51,197 nucleotides of DNA from Patescibacteria group bacterium (GCA_018818205.1 JAHISJ010000007.1:1-51197); one strand, 5' to 3'. Shown: positions 39,538 through 48,909, counted from the first letter of the stretch. The notes: generated by a model from the sequence alone, not told the origin. Numbers and translations: made by a program.

Positions 39538-40199
39538 TCACAAATCAAAAGAACATTATATTTGATCTCGATGGCGTGGTTATTGATAGCAATCCGTCGT
39601 GGACAAGAGGGGTTGAGCAATTTACTCAGGAGCTTGGCGTACCAAAGGGGATACCTTTTGAACTCAGAAAAAAAATGCATGGTATGCGCGTGTTTGAGGC
39701 AGTAACATTGTTAAAAGCGAAATTTGGTTTTAAGCCTAAAGTTGATGATCTTATGGATAGAATAGATGCGATTATGCGAAACCTGCACGCAGAAAAGACT
39801 ACACTGTTTCCCGGTACCAGAGATCTTCTCTCTGAACTTGAAGCAAACCATTTTACCACGGCTCTAGCAACAAGTTCGACTCGGTCACTTACAGAATACG
39901 TACTTTCAAGGTTCAATCTAAAGCCGTATTTTGATTATGTAACAACGGGAGAAGATGTACTCAAAAGCAAACCAGACCCAGAAATCTTTTTGCTAACTGC
40001 TGCGCATATGCAAAAAGACCCAAAAGACTGTATTGTTGTTGAAGATTCGCTTTTAGGCTTGCAGGCCGCAAAAGATGCTGGTATGGACGTTATTGCGGTT
40101 TCGAATAATGGAGATTTTGATCCTGAGGAAATTACACAGATTAAGCCGACTCATGTGGTTAAGGATCTTAGTGATATTGATTTGGGGATGCTTGGGTAG
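39534..40199 (+). CDS. HAD-family phosphatase (beta-PGM/CbbY-like)
   Basis: FDLDGVVIDS, ATSS, KPDPEIF, VEDS..G..AA..AGM. Confidence 0.93.
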   Translation: MITNQKNIIFDLDGVVIDSNPSWTRGVEQFTQELGVPKGIPFELRKKMHGMRVFEAVTLLKAKFGFKPKVDDLMDRIDAIMRNLHAEKTTLFPGTRDLLSELEANHFTTALATSSTRSLTEYVLSRFNLKPYFDYVTTGEDVLKSKPDPEIFLLTAAHMQKDPKDCIVVEDSLLGLQAAKDAGMDVIAVSNNGDFDPEEITQIKPTHVVKDLSDIDLGMLG

Positions 40200-40221
40200 G
40201 ACGGTAAAAAACATTTTATTC

Positions 40222-40250
40222 AAAAAAACTGCTGAGATGAGCAGTTTTTT
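40222..40250. terminator. Bidirectional terminator
   Basis: AAAAAACTGCT-GAGATG-AGCAGTTTTTT. Confidence 0.75.
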
Positions 40251-40271
40251 GATTTGTGACTTGTTTGGTCA

Positions 40272-40370
40272 AAATGAATACTCGAGCAACTTCTTTTCAA
40301 ACAGTACACTTCGTTCTGATTTTTAAGAAAAAATAGCCTGTTTGAAAAGAAGTTGCTCGAGTATTCATTT
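40272..40370. repeat. Perfect 33-bp inverted repeat with 33-nt spacer
   Basis: AAATGAATACTCGAGCAACTTCTTTTCAAACAG (40272-40304) and its exact reverse complement (40338-40370). Confidence 0.95.
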
Positions 40371-40418
40371 CTAGGTTTGAAAGTGATGCTGCTATTTCTA
40401 TCACTTTGTGGGAAATGG

Positions 40419-41393
40419 CTACCGCAGTCCGCACGCTTTTCTTATCTCTCGCATATTCTTTTCGGCAATACGTCTAGCTTCTGTTGTACCCTTTTCTAAA
40501 ATGTCATCAACCTTTTTTGGGTTTTCTAGAAGTTCCGCGCGTTTTTCTCTAAATGGCGCAAAGTAGTCTGCGATGTCTTTTGCGAGCGTTTCTTTCAGAT
40601 CGGAGTATTTGAGATCACCTTTATTATGTGCATCTTGGAACTCAGCAAACGTAGATGGTTTTGAAAATTCGGCAAGAAGGGTAAAAAGGTTTGCGACGCC
40701 GGGACTTTTTGTCTGAGTATTATCTCCAGTGTCAGTCACTGCCCGTTTAATTTTATGTTTAATTTCTTCTGGTGTATCTGAGAGTGCAATGCCATCATCG
40801 CCTGTTTTGCTCATTTTTTGGTCAGGATGTTTAAGTGACATAATACGTTTACCTTGTGAGAGAATCGGTTTTGGGTAGGGGAATAAATCGGCAAACGTTG
40901 TATTAAACTTTTTTGCAATCTGACGGGTGAGCTCAATATGAGGAACCTGGTCTTCACCAACCGGGACTTCTTCAGCTTTGTAAAGAAGGATGTCTGCAGC
41001 CATGAGGACGGGGTAAGAAAAGAGACCAAGATTTACAAAGTCCGGGTGCTTTTCCACTTTTTCTTTGAACGTGGGGACCCGCTCGAGCCATGAAACCGGC
41101 GTTATGGAGCCCAAAATCCATGCAAGCTCAACGTGCTCTGGAACATGTGATTGTACAAAAATAATACACTTGTCTGGGTCGAGTCCTGCGGCAAGGTAGT
41201 CTATAACGACTTCTCTAATTTCTTCTTGGCGTTTGGATGGGTCGTAAGGAGTGGTCATGCCATGAAGATCCACAACGGAGTAAATGGCATGATGCGTCTC
41301 TTGCATCAAAACCCAGTTTTTAATGGCACCAAGGTAGTTGCCAAGATGAATTCTTCCTGAAGGTCTGAGGCCTGAAAAGAGTGTTTTTTCCAT
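40419..41393 (-). CDS. trpS: Tryptophan--tRNA ligase
   Basis: SGLRPSGRIHLGNYLGA, YPVLMAADIL, VPVGEDQ, KMSKT. Confidence 0.97.
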   Translation of the reverse strand: MEKTLFSGLRPSGRIHLGNYLGAIKNWVLMQETHHAIYSVVDLHGMTTPYDPSKRQEEIREVVIDYLAAGLDPDKCIIFVQSHVPEHVELAWILGSITPVSWLERVPTFKEKVEKHPDFVNLGLFSYPVLMAADILLYKAEEVPVGEDQVPHIELTRQIAKKFNTTFADLFPYPKPILSQGKRIMSLKHPDQKMSKTGDDGIALSDTPEEIKHKIKRAVTDTGDNTQTKSPGVANLFTLLAEFSKPSTFAEFQDAHNKGDLKYSDLKETLAKDIADYFAPFREKRAELLENPKKVDDILEKGTTEARRIAEKNMREIRKACGLR

Positions 41394-41462
41394 GATATGT
41401 GTGATTATTATTGTGCATGTATTGTAACATTTTGTGTTGATTTACGACAATAAAACGTTCCC

Positions 41463-41487
41463 GTAGGGGTGGCCTTTATGGCCACCC
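41463..41487. repeat. GTAG-type REP-like palindrome
   Basis: GTAGGGGTGGCC-TTTAT-GGCCACCC; near-copy of 14184-14207. Confidence 0.7.
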
Positions 41488-41602
41488 TGAAATTGCATTT
41501 CCATATCAACCCGTTTTTTATAATAAAAAAAATCCTCCAACACGTGCAAGAGACAGTCGTGATCTCTCGTGTGGGAGGAATATAATATAGTTTTTCGAAT
41601 AA

Positions 41603-43870
41603 TTATTTCTCGTGGAACCAGGTGGAAGCACCTGCTCTGCGAGGAATTTTTTCCATTTTCAGACTCACTTTGTAGTGAGCAATGGTTGGAATCCAACCTG
41701 ACGAATTTTGCTTCACCATGTAGATGAACAATTTGTCACGTTCAATTGTGGTGTCAACTTTGACCCAAGTTTTCTCTTTGAACTGGACGTGTGTTACGGC
41801 GAACCGTTTGGTTCCGCCATCACTCTCAATCCGCGCCCATGAGAATGTGGGGTCAACGCCTTCAACATAGATATAGCGATCGTTTCCAGCAACTTTGAGT
41901 ACGACGATGTACTTATCTGTCGGTAGGAACTCCTTGTAACAAACAGTATCAATCATCTTGCCGGTGCAGGTTTGCACGGTGCAACGTCCAGACTTACAAG
42001 TCTCGCTTGTCTTGCAATCGGCGTTGGTTTTGCAACCGGCCACGCATTTGGTTGCTGTGCAAATGTAATGAACTCCAAGTGGTTTGCAAATGGTATCGTT
42101 TGAGCACGCAAAGGCCGTGCAACGACCTGACATGCACATTTGTCCGGAGCACGCAGCGTTTGTGGTGCAGCCGGCCACGCACTTGCTTGAAGTGCAAATG
42201 TAATGAGCGCCAAGTTGTTTGCAAATGGTATCGTTTGAGCACACTTGGGCTGTGCAACGACCAGAAACACAAATTTGTCCGGAGCACGCAGCGTTTGTTA
42301 TGCACCCAGCAATACACTTGGCACTTGTACAGATGTACTGCGCACCAAAGATTTTACAATCGGTGTCTTTTGAGCAGATCTTTGCTTTGCAGCGGCCGCT
42401 TTGACACGTTTCGCCAGCTTTGCAAGAAGCATTGCTGATGCATCCCAGCACACATTTACCGCTTACACAGATGTAATTTGGTCCCTTTGCTTTGCAACTG
42501 GTGTCAAAAGTGCAGGGTTTTGATTCGGGAAGAAGCTCTGGCTGTGGTTCTGGACCGAGACCACCGTCATCGACAACTGGTTCCGGTTGTGGCTCAGGCC
42601 CAGGTTCCGGCCTGGGAGGTTCTGTGTAGATCGATTTGCAGTGCTTAGTAGCACTGTCACACAAGTAGCCGCCGACCAAACAGTCAGCGTGCGTTTTGCA
42701 ATTATTGACACACGCATTGAAATGCGGGTGGCAATATTCCGCTGCATAACAATCGGTGTGCATAGCACACATCAAAGCACAATTCTGTTTGGCGCAAGTG
42801 TATCCTGACGGACAGTCCGTCACAGTTTTACAAGATGGAATTTTAAGGCATTTGCCTTTTTTAATGTCGCAGTAGTATCCTTCAACACAATCAAATGGAT
42901 TAACGCATTCCGGTTTCTCGGAACACATACTGTTAAGGCAAACTAATTTTGAATCGTTGCACTCTGCATCATTGTTGCACAGACGCAGACATTTTGAATC
43001 ACGACAACCATAAGCACTCGGGCAGTCAGACAATGATTTACAGGTTGGTAGCGAAACACATTTTTCTTTAACACAATGAAATCCTGTTTTACACTCGAAT
43101 GAGTTAAAACATTCAATTTTGAAGCCGCACATCATATCCGCGCGGCAGATAAAGGGTTTTGTGCAATCACTGTTTAAAGCGCAAAGTTTCCAGCAATGCC
43201 CGTCACGGCAGCTGTAGCCCGGATCGCAATCCGTGGCATTGGTGCATGATTTCATTTCCGGCAAAACAATTTCAGGAACAACTTCGCCAACTTGTTCGGT
43301 CAGTTCAGTGGGCTCCACGTTTTCCGGCGGAGACTCCTCTGGATTTTCCGGCAAGTTTTCACCAGCGTCGCCTTCGGTGACTTCTGCTGGCTCGATGTTT
43401 TCAATGAGAGTTCGATCACCACCACCATCTTCTGGCGTGGTTTCTTTGATGATAACATCCTGGCACTTGCCATTCACACAAACCTGACCGCCAGTGCAGT
43501 CAGTGTTTGCGTTACAAGTATTGCTGTTGCCGGGAGGCAAGCACAAATTCTTTTGGCACGTGAAGTCTTTATCAATTTTTGCGCACTCGGTGTGCTGCTC
43601 ACAATTTTGTGCGATGTCGCAAAAGCCTTTGTAGCAAAATCCTTCCTTGGCACCCAAATGGGCGCAGTCAGAGGATTTTGTACATTTTTTGGTGCAATAT
43701 TTCTTATTCGCCTTGTGGGCGACTTGGATACAAACATTCGGCGCATCACAATCTTCTTTCGATTCGCATTCCTGCAAGTTTTTTCCGCAGCTGGGCAGAA
43801 TAATGATAGCAAAAAATAAGGACAACAATAATGATAGAATTGTTTGGGTCTTGTGGTGTTTATACCACAT
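41603..43870 (-). CDS. Cysteine-rich repeat lipoprotein with E/P-rich linkers and a C-terminal beta-rich domain
   Basis: AGGAGG SD before ATG 43870; lipobox LPSC; dozens of C..x.DC....C..G.C modules; TTGACA-17-TATTAT at 44028-44056; imperfect hairpin at 41533-41579. Confidence 0.85.
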   Translation of the reverse strand: MWYKHHKTQTILSLLLSLFFAIIILPSCGKNLQECESKEDCDAPNVCIQVAHKANKKYCTKKCTKSSDCAHLGAKEGFCYKGFCDIAQNCEQHTECAKIDKDFTCQKNLCLPPGNSNTCNANTDCTGGQVCVNGKCQDVIIKETTPEDGGGDRTLIENIEPAEVTEGDAGENLPENPEESPPENVEPTELTEQVGEVVPEIVLPEMKSCTNATDCDPGYSCRDGHCWKLCALNSDCTKPFICRADMMCGFKIECFNSFECKTGFHCVKEKCVSLPTCKSLSDCPSAYGCRDSKCLRLCNNDAECNDSKLVCLNSMCSEKPECVNPFDCVEGYYCDIKKGKCLKIPSCKTVTDCPSGYTCAKQNCALMCAMHTDCYAAEYCHPHFNACVNNCKTHADCLVGGYLCDSATKHCKSIYTEPPRPEPGPEPQPEPVVDDGGLGPEPQPELLPESKPCTFDTSCKAKGPNYICVSGKCVLGCISNASCKAGETCQSGRCKAKICSKDTDCKIFGAQYICTSAKCIAGCITNAACSGQICVSGRCTAQVCSNDTICKQLGAHYICTSSKCVAGCTTNAACSGQMCMSGRCTAFACSNDTICKPLGVHYICTATKCVAGCKTNADCKTSETCKSGRCTVQTCTGKMIDTVCYKEFLPTDKYIVVLKVAGNDRYIYVEGVDPTFSWARIESDGGTKRFAVTHVQFKEKTWVKVDTTIERDKLFIYMVKQNSSGWIPTIAHYKVSLKMEKIPRRAGASTWFHEK
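41969..42514 (-). repeat. Four tandem 135-138-bp (45-46 aa) intragenic repeats
   Basis: Unit C..DT.CK..G..YIC...KC..GC..NA.C.....C.SGRC; DNA period 135 nt (GTGCAAATGTAATGA at 42057 and 42192). Confidence 0.9.
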
Positions 43871-44163
43871 AGTTTCCTCCTGCATGGTGAAAAAGTACGA
43901 GATCCCCACGAGGAGCGCGAGGATTGTACACGTTACCCTAGAAAAAAGTAACGTTTAAGCAAAAAAATGTTTTTTTAAGCCTGAAACAATACTTTTTTAC
44001 AAAGGTACGAAAAACGGATAGCCTGTTATAATAAAACGGGAAGTGTAATTTGTCAACATAGTTTTTGAAAAAACCTTATTTTAAGCGATTCATCGAAGTA
44101 TCCATTGAATTCCACCATTGCATACTCTAGAATTCTTCCCATATAACCGCTATACTATAGCAT

Positions 44164-44955
44164 ATGAAAAACCATTCAAAAACAATGTATTTAACCATTT
44201 TTTCTTTTGTAGTAGGAATCGTGAGTGTATTGTTTTTTCCGCTTAAAGCTCAAGCGGCAGAGTATCCAAAACCTGAGGGGTATGTAAATGATTATGCACA
44301 CATGCTCTCTCCTGAAGCAAAAACAGGTCTTGAAGAAAAGCTCGACACGCTTGAAAAAGATACCGGAGCTGAACTTACAGTTGTTACCATTGATACATTA
44401 AACGGTGAGCCTATAGAAAACTACGCTGAAGGGTTGTTCCAGGAATGGGGCATTGGTAAAGAGGGCGAGGATAATGGCGTACTCTTTATTATGGCGATTG
44501 ATGAAAAGAAAATGCGTATTGAGGTAGGGTATGGCTTTGAGGGAGCGCTAACCGATGCAGAAACTAAACTTATTTTAGAAAAGGACGTAAAGCCTTACTT
44601 TAAGGAAGGCGACTATCAAAAGGGAATTGAGGAGGGAGTAAACAGAATAGGGGGACGAATAAAAGATGAAGTGCCAGCATATTCTGAAGAAGAAGTTACC
44701 AATTCACCTATAGCATTTTTTGATATAGTGTGGTGGCTATGGCGGACATTTGGGTCAATAGTTGTGGTGATAATCATTGTGATACTAATAAGTAGAAAAA
44801 AAGGGGGAGGAGTAGGAGGCGCTGCAGCAGGAATGTTTCTTGGTGGTCTTGGAGGAGGTAGAGGTAGATTTGGGGGAGGTAGCGGCGGCGGAAGTAGTTT
44901 TGGTGGTTTTGGGGGAGGATCGTCGGGAGGCGGTGGGTCGAGTTCGGATTGGTAA
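44164..44955 (+). CDS. TPM-domain (YgcG-like) membrane protein
   Basis: YVNDYA, WGIGK...DNGVL, RIEVGYGFEG.LTD, TM helix, Gly-rich tail GGGSSGGGGSSSDW. Confidence 0.93.
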   Translation: MKNHSKTMYLTIFSFVVGIVSVLFFPLKAQAAEYPKPEGYVNDYAHMLSPEAKTGLEEKLDTLEKDTGAELTVVTIDTLNGEPIENYAEGLFQEWGIGKEGEDNGVLFIMAIDEKKMRIEVGYGFEGALTDAETKLILEKDVKPYFKEGDYQKGIEEGVNRIGGRIKDEVPAYSEEEVTNSPIAFFDIVWWLWRTFGSIVVVIIIVILISRKKGGGVGGAAAGMFLGGLGGGRGRFGGGSGGGSSFGGFGGGSSGGGGSSSDW

Positions 44956-44963
44956 ATATGCAA

Positions 44964-45036
44964 AAAGTAGAGGCGTAAAATCTTACGCCTCTACTTTATT
45001 TTGCACAAAAAAGGTGGCATGTATGCCACCTTTTTT
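44964..45036. terminator. Tandem palindromes between convergent genes (REP-like, bidirectional terminator)
   Basis: AAAGTAGAGGCGTAA-AATC-TTACGCCTCTACTTT (44964-44997) and AAAAAAGGTGGCAT-GT-ATGCCACCTTTTTT (45007-45036). Confidence 0.75.
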
Positions 45037-45039
45037 TAC

Positions 45040-46719
45040 TTACACATCAATAATCACCGGAAGCACCATTGGCCGTTTCTCTGTCTTTTGAAACAGAAAC
45101 TGACCAATGCCATCACGAATCTTTTTCTTGAGATACGTTTCATTTGCAGCCATTTTGGGGTCTTTGTCGATTAAGATCTTTTTGACCTTGCTTCTAGTCT
45201 CCTCAATGAGTTTCTTGTTCTCTTTGAGGTAGACAAACCCACGTGAAATGATGTCAGGATTGCCAATCAGCTTACCGGTTTTTACTTCAATGGACGCAAT
45301 AACCACGAGCATGCCGTCATTTGCCATGTGTTGCCTGTCTCTCAGAACGATGTTTGTAGCATCAGCCTCACCAAGTCCATCTACAAAAACATATGACGCA
45401 GGAACGTGTTTTTTTAGTAGTTGTCCCTCACCGTTTTTGTACTCCATGATCTGTCCGTTGTTTGCAACAAAACAGTTCTTTTTAGGAATACCCACACTTT
45501 CTGCAATATTTGCGTGAAGCTGCAAGAAATAGCGGTTACCGTGGATCGGGATGAAGTACTTAGGTTTAGTCAACTGAAGCATCATTTTTAAATCTTCAAT
45601 GTGCCCATGACCACCGGTATGCACGTCCATCAATTTATAATGGACAATGTGCGCTCCCTCACGTGAGAGTGAGTCCTTAAGTCGTTGGACGGTAGCCTCG
45701 TTTCCTGGGATAACGGAGGAGGAAAAGATAACCGTATCATTTTTCTCAATTGCTAAGAACCGGTGTTCCTTGTTTGCAATACGCATCAATACAGCGTTGT
45801 CTTCACCTTGCGCACCCGTGCACATAATAATCACTTTCTTTGGATCCATAGAGAGCGATTCTTTGACATCAATAATGAGTCCCTTTGGCACCTTTAAGTA
45901 TCCCAGTTCTTGGGCAATTGCCGCGGTTGTTTTCATGCTATAGCCCTCAATAACGATCTTTCGCTTATACTTTGAGGCGATATTGATTGTCTGCTGAATA
46001 CGTGAGATAAGTGTGGAGAATGTTCCTATAATCACTCTTCCCGGTGCTTGCGCGATAATTCTGTCTAACGTCTCAGCAATCGTTTTTTCTGAAATAGAGT
46101 AGCCAGGCACTTCTGCGTTTGTACTGTCAGAAAAAAGGGCAAGTATGCCTTGCGCACCAAGTCTCGCTATTTTTCCGACTTCGACCGGTTTTTCGTTAAC
46201 CGGGGAGTGGTCAAACTTAAAGTCACCAGTGTGAAGGAGTGTTCCTTCTGGGGTGTGAATAGCGACACCAACACCATCAGGGATGTTGTGGTTTACTCTA
46301 AAAAATTCAATTTTAAAGATACCAAGCTTAATTTTATCGTCAGGGTCGATTGTGTAGCAGTTAAGTTTTTCCTTAACATTCTTGTAATCAAGCTGACGCT
46401 TTTCAATAATCGCACGGGTAAGCTTTGTCGCAAACAGTGTGGGGTTCCCGAGCTTAGGAATAAGATGAGGGATTCCACCGACATGATCAAGGTGACCGTG
46501 GGTTATAATAACACCGCGGATGTTTTGTTCACGTCCTTTTAAATAGCCAATGTTAGGAATTATATAGTCGATTCCATGCATTTCTTCTTCGGGGAACTGA
46601 AGCCCCATGTCAATTATGATAATATCATGATCATATTCAATGACCATCATATTACGTCCGACTTCTTCGAAACCTGAAATAGGAATCACACGAAGTCGCG
46701 ATTCATTCTTTTTTATCAT
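45040..46719 (-). CDS. rnj: Ribonuclease J
   Basis: EVGRNM, THGHLDHVG, HTGDFKFD, SDSTNA, IPGNE, HTGGH, RPMVLPVI. Confidence 0.97.
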   Translation of the reverse strand: MIKKNESRLRVIPISGFEEVGRNMMVIEYDHDIIIIDMGLQFPEEEMHGIDYIIPNIGYLKGREQNIRGVIITHGHLDHVGGIPHLIPKLGNPTLFATKLTRAIIEKRQLDYKNVKEKLNCYTIDPDDKIKLGIFKIEFFRVNHNIPDGVGVAIHTPEGTLLHTGDFKFDHSPVNEKPVEVGKIARLGAQGILALFSDSTNAEVPGYSISEKTIAETLDRIIAQAPGRVIIGTFSTLISRIQQTINIASKYKRKIVIEGYSMKTTAAIAQELGYLKVPKGLIIDVKESLSMDPKKVIIMCTGAQGEDNAVLMRIANKEHRFLAIEKNDTVIFSSSVIPGNEATVQRLKDSLSREGAHIVHYKLMDVHTGGHGHIEDLKMMLQLTKPKYFIPIHGNRYFLQLHANIAESVGIPKKNCFVANNGQIMEYKNGEGQLLKKHVPASYVFVDGLGEADATNIVLRDRQHMANDGMLVVIASIEVKTGKLIGNPDIISRGFVYLKENKKLIEETRSKVKKILIDKDPKMAANETYLKKKIRDGIGQFLFQKTEKRPMVLPVIIDV

Positions 46720-46811
46720 TCTTTTTTAATTTGTTCTCTTTACTAGTTAGAGTTATATTAATTAGTTAGATGGTTTACAAGGAGAAAATCTCCTAGTTAC
46801 ATTTAAAGTTA

Positions 46812-48578
46812 TTACTCCTTTACAATAACCGGTTTTGTCTTAATATACCATGACTGTATCTCTGCAAACCGGTCAGGTGGGAGTGTAATGTATTCTAATT
46901 CCGCACCATGTACTTTTTTAGACATACTATAAAGGTAAGTTGGGCTGTAAAGAAATATCGCTGGAAGCTCTTCACCCATGATATTTTGAAAGTGGAGATA
47001 CTTTCTCACCCGTTCGTTTTCATCAGTTTCTTTTCTGGCTGTTTCAAGCAAATCGTCAATGGTTGGATTATTGTATGAGGTTAAGTTTAGACCCGGTTCT
47101 TTTCTAGCACTTGAGTGCCAAAAAGGATAGGGGTCAGGATCATGCAAGAGTAGTTGACCGTATAGTAGCGCGTCGTAGCTTCGAGGCATGATATATTCTG
47201 TTTGCAGCGTTTGCGCGTCGAGTGACTCGATGTTCATAGTTATACCAACTGCGGCTAAATCCTCACTCATAATCTCGGCTATATCTATGAAGTGTTGCTT
47301 ATCAGTAACCGCAAGGGTGAATTCGAGCTTCTGATTATCTTTATAGCGCATGCCGTCTTCTTCATGTACCTTCCAGCCAGCCTTCTCAAGCTCTTCTTTT
47401 GCCTTATCATGGTTATATTCATATGCACCAATTTCAGGGTTATGACCCATGAAATTTGGTAAAATAGCAGTATTTACCGGGTATGCCTCGCCGTCAAGGG
47501 CCTCATTTATAATCCGTTCTTGGTCAATAGTATGCGCAATGGCGCGACGTACGTTTCTTTCTTTGAGGACAGGGTTTTCACTCCAGTTAAAAAATAATGC
47601 ATAGTAGCGAGGAAGCTTTAAATGATAGTAGTTTATGTCCTTTTCAAAATCGTCTGTAATGAGATCTTTTGACTCCTCTGGAATAAAGCTAATACCGAGC
47701 ACATCACCTTTCCTATAGGCCTCAAGCGCCATATCCCAGTCGTTAAAGAACGTAAAGGTTATGTATTCAATACGAGGCTTTTCGCCAAAATAATCGGGGT
47801 TTCTCTCGAGGGTATAGCTTAAAAGGGCACCGTTTTTCTTGTCTTTCTTGTATTCTTTAAACTTGTATGGACCAGTACCAATGGGTTTTAAATTGAGTTC
47901 AGAGAGCGGGAGAGCATCTGGTGTAATCTCACTCCAGATGTGTTTAGCAAGAATACCGAACGTTGCGTTTTCATATAAAAAGGGAGAGTAGACGTCTTTT
48001 GTGAGCGTAAATTTGACAGTATAATCGTCTAATTTCTCTACGGCAACACTGTTAAAGCTCGAGAACAATGGACTTTTTACCTCAGGATTTTTAATCATTT
48101 GAATGGTAAAAACAACATCGTCCGCGGTAAGCGGTGTACCATCAGACCATTTCACATCTTTTCTCAGGAAAAAGGTATAGTTTTTCTTGTCTTCACTTAT
48201 TTCGTATCGCTCCGCAATACTAGGGGTAAGTTCATGGTTTTTGTTGTACGTAAGCAGCCCGGCAAAGATAAGTGAACTGATATCTTGGTCAACGTCCTTG
48301 ATTTGAGACAAAATGGGGTTTATGTATTCCGGTTCACCAACTGCTGCTTCCGTATAGTGGCCGCCATCAACAGGGATGGTGTTAACTTTGTAACCAGCTT
48401 CATTAACCCAAAAGAAAACGCTGGCAAGAGCAATCATGACTATAAGCAAAAGAGCCAGTTTTTTTTCGTTTCGCGTGAGAAGCTTAGGAATATATAAAAG
48501 CTTCTTAAACGTAAACGATTTTTTTGAGGAGTTCGTTTTTAAAGAGAGGTTCTGGTTTTTTTGTTCGCTTGTGTTCAT
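46812..48578 (-). CDS. Family 5 (peptide/nickel) ABC substrate-binding protein, N-terminally membrane anchored
   Basis: YTFFLRKDVKWSDGTPLTADDVVFT, PIGTGPYKF, VRRAIAH.ID. Confidence 0.92.
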   Translation of the reverse strand: MNTSEQKNQNLSLKTNSSKKSFTFKKLLYIPKLLTRNEKKLALLLIVMIALASVFFWVNEAGYKVNTIPVDGGHYTEAAVGEPEYINPILSQIKDVDQDISSLIFAGLLTYNKNHELTPSIAERYEISEDKKNYTFFLRKDVKWSDGTPLTADDVVFTIQMIKNPEVKSPLFSSFNSVAVEKLDDYTVKFTLTKDVYSPFLYENATFGILAKHIWSEITPDALPLSELNLKPIGTGPYKFKEYKKDKKNGALLSYTLERNPDYFGEKPRIEYITFTFFNDWDMALEAYRKGDVLGISFIPEESKDLITDDFEKDINYYHLKLPRYYALFFNWSENPVLKERNVRRAIAHTIDQERIINEALDGEAYPVNTAILPNFMGHNPEIGAYEYNHDKAKEELEKAGWKVHEEDGMRYKDNQKLEFTLAVTDKQHFIDIAEIMSEDLAAVGITMNIESLDAQTLQTEYIMPRSYDALLYGQLLLHDPDPYPFWHSSARKEPGLNLTSYNNPTIDDLLETARKETDENERVRKYLHFQNIMGEELPAIFLYSPTYLYSMSKKVHGAELEYITLPPDRFAEIQSWYIKTKPVIVKE

Positions 48579-48612
48579 GGTTCTTTTGTTACACGTAAGT
48601 AGCCACAGGGCA

Positions 48613-48837
48613 CTACTGAATGAACAAATGCGCTATAGATAAACCGACGAACAAAGCGGCACACACTATAGTTGCCATGAATACTGATTTTTCAGCACCT
48701 CTTTTGGTACTGTACACATTTCCTTCTCCACCAAATGAAGAGGAAAGCCCAGTGCCTTTATTTTGGACAAGAATAAGTCCGATTAATACTACGGAGATTA
48801 CCACTTGAATAATGGTTAAGATTGTCGTTGTTTCCAT
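48613..48837 (-). CDS. secG: Preprotein translocase subunit SecG
   Basis: LILVQNKGTGLSSSFGG...KRGAEK; two TM helices. Confidence 0.93.
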   Translation of the reverse strand: METTTILTIIQVVISVVLIGLILVQNKGTGLSSSFGGEGNVYSTKRGAEKSVFMATIVCAALFVGLSIAHLFIQ

Positions 48838-48909
48838 TCGTGTTGTTTACTAGTACAGCAAGAGTATCATTATTATCAGAAAATGTCAATGCCTGAACAC
48901 CATTTTTAC

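Noticed and set aside
40352-40383. GTTGCTCG...GGTTTGAAAG looks like a CRISPR repeat
   Set aside because: Single copy, no regularly spaced direct repeats and no cas genes.
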